From IMG/VR virus record IMGVR_UViG_3300029506_000018, positions 1 to 37,963 of that record: a stretch of DNA of 37,963 bases. The stretch is one strand, 5' to 3'. This stretch comes from a virus. Under the pieces are notes generated by a model. The model did not search any database, was not told the DNA's origin, and saw only the letters and a program-made list of their open reading frames with translations. Position numbers and translations under genes: made by a program. Below, piece after piece: positions 33,169-37,963 of the stretch; the first letter of the stretch is position 1, and every line of letters begins with the position of its first letter.

Positions 33169-33321
33169 CATCCAGCTGATCTCTGTCCGCATATGTGATC
33201 ATCTTTTTACGCCCTGTCGCTTAAGATCATCCCGAAACCCACAACTACCACAACTATTACTGCGACTTTTTTAACAACAATCTTAGGTTGTTGGTTACTA
33301 CGGACAGAGATCAGCCGGATG
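33169..33321. repeat. IR-A: 21-bp inverted repeat (20/21 match) at 33169-33189 and 33301-33321 around 111 bp of non-coding DNA
   Basis: Left arm is catccagctgatctctgtccg. The reverse complement of the right arm is catccggctgatctctgtccg. Confidence 0.9.
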
Positions 33322-33374
33322 CTTCATTTTTTTCTTAGCTTGCAGCAAGCAACTTGTTGAATGCATTGCTCCTT

Positions 33375-33782
33375 TTATTCAATAATAATAGGCTTTATAT
33401 CTACAACATCGTAAAAATTAGGTTTTGCTCCAATCTCTTTAATATAGTCTTCTACTAGATCTGTTAATTTTTCCTCGTATTTATCATATATTTCTTGCCT
33501 TTCTTCTATATCTCCTACGGACAAATCCCAATCTTCTGCATTATCTCCGTAATCAGAATACATTGCATCTTGTACATCTTCTAACACTCTGTCAAACCAC
33601 ACTCCGCAACTAATATCTGGTTCTATACATTTCCCGATGTAAATCATTTGTCCAGGCTTAAATCCTTCTGATTTAGCATCCTCAACACATTCTTTGATTG
33701 AATCAAATGTTCCTTTATAATCTTCTGAGAAAATTCTATCTCTTTCCCATGCATATAATACTTCTTTATCTGAATCTGTCAT
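33375..33782 (-). CDS. Acidic hypothetical protein
   Basis: Start MTDSDKEVLYAW is 9 nt after GGAGG. The ORF-track TTG start lacks an RBS. Confidence 0.65.
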   Translation of the reverse strand: MTDSDKEVLYAWERDRIFSEDYKGTFDSIKECVEDAKSEGFKPGQMIYIGKCIEPDISCGVWFDRVLEDVQDAMYSDYGDNAEDWDLSVGDIEERQEIYDKYEEKLTDLVEDYIKEIGAKPNFYDVVDIKPIIIE

Positions 33783-33836
33783 GTTCTCTTTCCTCCATAG
33801 TTGATGTATTAGTTGTTCCTTAACTTTCTTTGACAA

Positions 33837-34070
33837 TTACTTGATCTTAATGACTCTCTGTCCTCTGTCGTACTGATTAAGTATCTGTTCTAGTGCTTTT
33901 TCTGCTTCCTCTCTTGTATTACATGTCTTAACAGTTTTAGACACTCCTCCTGTCATGTCACATTCAACATAGTATTTCTTTTCATTATTTTTGAACTGAT
34001 GTTTGTAAATCCATATATCTCGTATACATTGTGTATTCACAATTGTTTTATCTTCTGCTTGTATTAACAT
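33837..34070 (-). CDS. Hypothetical protein
   Basis: 77-aa ORF. GGAGA RBS. Confidence 0.55.
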   Translation of the reverse strand: MLIQAEDKTIVNTQCIRDIWIYKHQFKNNEKKYYVECDMTGGVSKTVKTCNTREEAEKALEQILNQYDRGQRVIKIK

Positions 34071-34104
34071 AGATCTTCTCCTAATCTGTTTCTAATCGTT
34101 GCCA

Positions 34105-34446
34105 TTATTTTTTTGCCTCCTCATCCATCATTCCGCCATGTATTTTTATAATTACATCAACCAGGTTTGCTGGTACATATGCATATATTGTTTCCAATAA
34201 ATTTTCCGGATCTTCTGCATATGGTTTTAGAGCTTCTTCCTCTGCATTTAGCGCTCCGCATTCTACACATATATATCTTTTTCCGTTTTTCCATTCTTCT
34301 TCGCTAATAATATGCTTCTGGATGCTGTTTATTCCGTGTCCAACTTGTACACTCATTCTGAATCCATCTCTGCACATGATCCATGGTAGCGGACGTATGT
34401 CGTCATTTTTCTCGTAGAATGCCTTTATATATTCGTTTATCTTCAT
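34105..34446 (-). CDS. Hypothetical protein
   Basis: Start MKINEYIKAF follows AGGAGA. Confidence 0.6.
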   Translation of the reverse strand: MKINEYIKAFYEKNDDIRPLPWIMCRDGFRMSVQVGHGINSIQKHIISEEEWKNGKRYICVECGALNAEEEALKPYAEDPENLLETIYAYVPANLVDVIIKIHGGMMDEEAKK

Positions 34447-34454
34447 TTTTTCTC

Positions 34455-34862
34455 CTATTCGTACCTTCCTGCTCCTGCTCCGTATCGGTGCCACGTTGCT
34501 CCTGTTTTAACTTTCTTTCTTCTTTTGTTTATCATTTTTTCATGATCGGCGATTATTATATAGCGATACTTGTTATCCCAGTACTCTAGCATTTGTGGAC
34601 TGATTCCTGTTTTCTTTGCCATTGTTTTGTATGTTATTCCGTCAAATAGCATTTGAGTTACAATTCTTTTTTTGTATTCTTCACTGTATTTTTTGCGATT
34701 GTTGCCGTCTACTTTTTCTATCTCTTCATCTTTATACTGTTTTACCCACTTCCTCAATGTTAGCAATGTTATTTTTGTTTTAGCTGCAAATTCTCTCCTC
34801 GTCATTCCTGACGCTAGTAACATTCTTACGATTCCTCTTTTAAATTCTTCTGTATACTGCAT
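34455..34862 (-). CDS. DNA-binding protein with two IS3-OrfA-like (transposase_8-type) HTH repeats
   Basis: YTEEFKRGIVRMLLASGMTRREFAAKTKITLLTLRKWVKQY, repeated as YSEEYKKRIVTQMLFDGITYKTMAKKTGISPQMLEYW. Confidence 0.7.
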   Translation of the reverse strand: MQYTEEFKRGIVRMLLASGMTRREFAAKTKITLLTLRKWVKQYKDEEIEKVDGNNRKKYSEEYKKRIVTQMLFDGITYKTMAKKTGISPQMLEYWDNKYRYIIIADHEKMINKRRKKVKTGATWHRYGAGAGRYE

Positions 34863-34873
34863 AGTTTTGTTCT

Positions 34874-35096
34874 CAGACAGCTTAGTTCTTTACCTGATGC
34901 AGTGTATTTAACCGTGATCACTGATTCTTTCTTTTTGTCTAATCATGTTAAATCCCTGTGATTCTTCGTTTGTTGTTTGTGATTTGTAAAAAATAATAAT
35001 GATTGTGTTATAAATAAACAGAAACTTGATAATGTATAATAAAACTTTGTTAATAGTTGCTAAAAGAATCTCTCAGGTAAAGAACTAAGCTGTCTG
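34874..35096. repeat. IR-B: perfect 24-bp inverted repeat at 34874-34897 and 35073-35096 around 175 bp of AT-rich non-coding DNA
   Basis: cagacagcttagttctttacctga versus tcaggtaaagaactaagctgtctg are exact reverse complements. TTCT lies immediately outside both arms. Confidence 0.95.
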
Positions 35097-35235
35097 TTCT
35101 CCTTTCTGCCTGCTGCCTTTTCTGGCAGTAGGCTAATAGATCTCATGGCTTATACATGACTTCTTTGTTTCTTATGCGTTTTGTTAATAGTTACTGTGGT
35201 ATATTGCAACTGGTCACTGCCAGTAGTGCATCATT

Positions 35236-35685
35236 TCATTGTGTCCGAATCGGACACCTGTTTTTAGCCTTTTCTTTTGCTATAAATCTTTTTAGTGGCT
35301 GTCCGTTCATTTTTCTTCTGTTATTTCCTTCATTATGGATATTCCTAAATATTTTTCTTGCTTCTTTTTTTGTATCACTTATCGTTATTTCCCATTCATG
35401 CACTTTTAGTTCTATCGTCCCATATACAATCTTGCTGCCTTTTGCTGCTTCTTCCTGCATTTGAACATTTTTAATGTTCGTTAATTTTGCGACTTTTTCT
35501 CCGTCGGCAAACATTATTGCTTCTTCTGGTACTTCTATTTTTTTATTTGTGTGCCTTTCTCCTTCTTCTGACTTTTCTTTTATGCAGCTCTCACATTCTG
35601 GATGTACGTTAATCGTTTCATCTTTCCTTAGTCCTGCCGTTATTTTTCTAAATGCTTCTCTGATCTTCTTTATCCCTTCGATCAT
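35236..35685 (-). CDS. Hypothetical protein
   Basis: The start MIEGIKKIREAF overlaps the SSB stop (ATGA). The last codons contain palindrome copy 2. Confidence 0.6.
   Translation of the reverse strand: MIEGIKKIREAFRKITAGLRKDETINVHPECESCIKEKSEEGERHTNKKIEVPEEAIMFADGEKVAKLTNIKNVQMQEEAAKGSKIVYGTIELKVHEWEITISDTKKEARKIFRNIHNEGNNRRKMNGQPLKRFIAKEKAKNRCPIRTQ
35241..35257. repeat. 17-bp perfect palindrome GTGTCCGAATCGGACAC, copy 2
   Basis: Read directly. The 19-mer 35240-35258 is identical to 24361-24379. Confidence 0.9.
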
Positions 35686-36002
35686 TGTTCTTTCCTTTCT
35701 GCAAACTCCATACTTTCTGCCACGATCTCCGTCGTGTACACTTTTGTTCCGTCTGTTTTTATATAGCTCCCTGTTTGGATTCTTCCTTCCAGTGCGATCT
35801 TGATTCCTTGATCCAGCCATTTGTCTGCAAATTCTGCGCCTTTACCAAACGCAACGCATCCGATAAAATCTGCATCCTGCTGCCCTTCTCGCTTAAATCT
35901 GCGATCTACCGCTAGTGTAAACCTTGCTATACACAGATCTTCTTCATTCCAACTTATCTCAGGCTTCCTGGTTAATCTGCCCATTAGCATTACTTTGTTC
36001 AT
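35682..36002 (-). CDS. ssb: Single-stranded DNA-binding protein (short, no acidic tail)
   Basis: MNKVMLMGRLTRKPE...FTLAV...FIGCVAFGKGAEF...IALEGRIQTGSY OB-fold pattern. Confidence 0.85.
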   Translation of the reverse strand: MNKVMLMGRLTRKPEISWNEEDLCIARFTLAVDRRFKREGQQDADFIGCVAFGKGAEFADKWLDQGIKIALEGRIQTGSYIKTDGTKVYTTEIVAESMEFAERKEQ

Positions 36003-37477
36003 ATATCCTCCACTTCTGAGAGTCCCAGGATGCAGTATCCTTCTTCCAAGCCCTTAAAGCCTTCCAGGATATAGATCACTTGTTTCTCTGTTACTCTTCC
36101 TGTTTCTTCTCCATCACTCATCTCGTGCAGTTCCAGGACGTCTCCGATCTGATAGTTCCTATCATTTTTTCGCAGTTCGAATGACTTCTTTCCTGTGTCC
36201 ACTGCATCGAAGAACATCTTTGCAAGCTTTAGGCGGTGTCTTCGCTCGTCTGATTCGCTTCCTGGTACTTCTACCTTATTCGTCTGTGGAATCTCTACGC
36301 ATTCCGTCTTTTGTTCTTCTGCTGCCTTAGTATCGAATTGGATCATATCGCTGATCGCGTCTGCCATTTTAATAACTGTCTTTTTAACAATTTCTTCAAA
36401 ATTATCTTTGCATAGTTTTATATAGCCTTTTCCGCAGTCATACCATCCGTCAAACCCATTAGATCCTCGTAACGTTCCGCCAGCTCCTTTATATCGTTCT
36501 CCCATGTATTTTTTTAATTCCAATGAATTCTTTATATCTTGTCTATTAATGTCTCTTTGAATTCTCTCTGCAAACGCTTCTAATGCCTGTTTTTCTAATT
36601 CATCCTGATCCGGACAGCATTCCGGATAGTCTCTTTCCGCTTCCACCTGTCCTTCAATCTCTGCTTCTTCCTCTTCTTCTGTCTCATCCGCTTCGGCTTC
36701 CTGTCTTGATTCCTTTAGCTCTGCTTCCTGTTGTTCTTCCAGGATGCGTTGCTTGTATTCTCTTATCTTTTTTACAGTTATGATCTTATCTGGATACCAG
36801 CTATATATTTCTTCCTGTTCATCTTCTTCCATTCCTGCGATCTCCACTGCTGTCGAAAAGCTGATTTCCTGTTTTTCTAATAGCTTTCTCAGTTCCGGAA
36901 TCAAATTGTTGTTGATGCTCATTGCATTGGCGATCTGTGTTGGCTTCTTCCCGAGGATTTTTGCCGCTATGTCTCGCAGTCTTCCAGATTCCAGATCATA
37001 GCCCATGATCTTCTCTCCTGCTGCCTTTGCATCCTTTAGCGCGTCCGTTAACAATTTGATTCGCTCTAATTCTTTCTCTGGTGTCGCTTTTCGGTAGCTA
37101 TTGGAGATACATAGCTCAATGATCTCTTCATTTTTGCTTCGTGGCTTTCTGATCTGGCATGTAGCTTCTCTAAATTCCTGGAGATCTTCTTCCTCTACCA
37201 GTTTCTTTAGTGCTCTCCATCTTCGTTCGCCTCCGATCAGCTTGTATTCTTCTCCTTTTTCATTCGGTTCGTACATAACTTCTAGTGGCTGTAGCAATCC
37301 AAGTAGTTTGATCTCTGCTGCCTTTTCGTCGATGCCGTTCTGATCGCTTATGTTGTCTTCGTTTGCGTAAATGTTATAAACATCTATATCTTTTGTTCGG
37401 AATCGTGCTTTCGGCTTCTCTTCGATTCCTTCCTTACTCGTTTTATTTAGCATGTCCATGACGTTAAATCCTGCCAT
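35999..37477 (-). CDS. parB: ParB/Srx-domain protein fused to a C-terminal ASCH/DUF3850-like domain
   Basis: The N-terminus LLQPLEV...KLIGGERRWRALKKL is the ParB box (GERRxRA). The C-terminus HRLKLAKMFFDAVDTGKKSFELRKNDRNYQIGDVLELHEM is DUF3850/ASCH-like. Confidence 0.8.
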   Translation of the reverse strand: MAGFNVMDMLNKTSKEGIEEKPKARFRTKDIDVYNIYANEDNISDQNGIDEKAAEIKLLGLLQPLEVMYEPNEKGEEYKLIGGERRWRALKKLVEEEDLQEFREATCQIRKPRSKNEEIIELCISNSYRKATPEKELERIKLLTDALKDAKAAGEKIMGYDLESGRLRDIAAKILGKKPTQIANAMSINNNLIPELRKLLEKQEISFSTAVEIAGMEEDEQEEIYSWYPDKIITVKKIREYKQRILEEQQEAELKESRQEAEADETEEEEEAEIEGQVEAERDYPECCPDQDELEKQALEAFAERIQRDINRQDIKNSLELKKYMGERYKGAGGTLRGSNGFDGWYDCGKGYIKLCKDNFEEIVKKTVIKMADAISDMIQFDTKAAEEQKTECVEIPQTNKVEVPGSESDERRHRLKLAKMFFDAVDTGKKSFELRKNDRNYQIGDVLELHEMSDGEETGRVTEKQVIYILEGFKGLEEGYCILGLSEVEDI

Positions 37478-37494
37478 GTTTCTTTCCTCCTTTC

Positions 37495-37963
37495 CTAGTC
37501 TACTTTCTGGAATCTACCAGTTTTCTTATTTCTTCGTTTTGATTCTATGTACTTTTGAGCTTCATTCCACTCTTCTTCTGTCATGATCTCTTTTAGTACG
37601 TTGTTGTAATCCTTTGCCGCATTACTGCTCTTTGACATTTCTGAGAGTGGTCTAAATGCTGTTTCTGCCTTTTCTGCTACTACAGATCTTCTTATCTCTG
37701 TCTGGAACATCTTGTCCTTGTATGTGTCTCTTAGCCATTTGGCTGTGTCTTTGTTCGTCTGGTTTCCGGTCTTCATGGTCATTAGTATCCTGATTTGCTG
37801 CCCTTCATGAATTCCTTTCGCCTGTTCAATCATATTTTCAATTGCTTCGATTCCATAACCACCTGCTTTCACAGGAATTATCAACAATTCTGACGCTTTA
37901 ACCACATTTAGTACTGTTACATCTAGTAATAATCCACAATCGCATATTACGTAATCGTATTTA
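37495..37963 (-). CDS. parA: ParA C-terminal part (same gene as 1..452; 37865..37963 duplicates 1..99)
   Basis: The frame is open to the window end. ...VKASELLIIPVKAGGYGIEAIENMIEQ... continues the N-terminal part. Confidence 0.85.
   Translation of the reverse strand, partial: KYDYVICDCGLLLDVTVLNVVKASELLIIPVKAGGYGIEAIENMIEQAKGIHEGQQIRILMTMKTGNQTNKDTAKWLRDTYKDKMFQTEIRRSVVAEKAETAFRPLSEMSKSSNAAKDYNNVLKEIMTEEEWNEAQKYIESKRRNKKTGRFQKVD

Noticed and set aside
34455-34862. IS3-family insertion sequence (OrfA-like HTH repeats)
   Set aside because: No DDE transposase ORF, frameshift window or IS-length inverted repeats surround it. The gene is embedded in the phage operon, so it is treated as a phage DNA-binding protein. 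The link to the neighbouring IR-B element is kept only as a hypothesis.
1-37963. Reverse-transcriptase-based systems (DGR, retron), stop-codon recoding, and classical multi-gene defence systems
   Set aside because: No ORF shows reverse-transcriptase motifs. All large structural genes are intact under the standard code, and the only tRNA has a sense (CAU) anticodon. No recognisable defence operon was seen beyond single accessory genes.

Overview
This window is one complete, circularly permuted genome of about 37.86 kb. Bases 1..99 are identical to 37865..37963. It is a temperate contractile-tailed phage of a low-GC Firmicute: AT-rich, GGAGG ribosome-binding sites, and a PBSX/Xkd-like tail joined to an HK97-like head. 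Nearly everything is on the minus strand as one long early-to-late series. In transcription order it runs:
- Early promoter at about 4284-4312, then small early genes and a DUF3846-like protein.
- A small HUH Rep-like protein, a VRR-NUC nuclease, then parA (which spans the window junction), a parB-like gene and SSB.
- More small genes and a late-activator-like gene, then tRNA(CAU).
- Packaging and head genes: HNH, TerS, TerL, portal, ClpP-type protease, major capsid and connectors.
- Tail genes: sheath, tube, frameshifted chaperone, tape measure, LysM protein, hub with lysin domains, baseplate and an SGNH tail fibre.
- A tyrosine recombinase, then holin and endolysin.

The accessory and lysogeny arm (4.3-10.1 kb) holds a cI-like repressor, a second XRE regulator, a DUF4236 membrane protein, a large serine recombinase, an iteron array, an HTH plus 72-aa pair and an AP2-domain protein.

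The combination of ParA, ParB and two recombinases in a circular contig suggests a phage-plasmid lifestyle.

The most unusual signal is three non-coding cassettes in the early transcription unit: 4087-4239, 33169-33321 and 34874-35096. Each is bounded by 21-24 bp near-perfect inverted repeats around 105-175 bp. The first sits in the leader of the lytic operon and carries a strand-specific terminator currently pointing the 'wrong' way. Together with the oddly placed XerC/D- or RecV-like tyrosine recombinase, this looks like a phage-encoded DNA-inversion (inverton) switch system. That is a hypothesis; RNA-structure and origin explanations are listed alongside it.

All family names come from motifs I recognise by eye. 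No searches were run.
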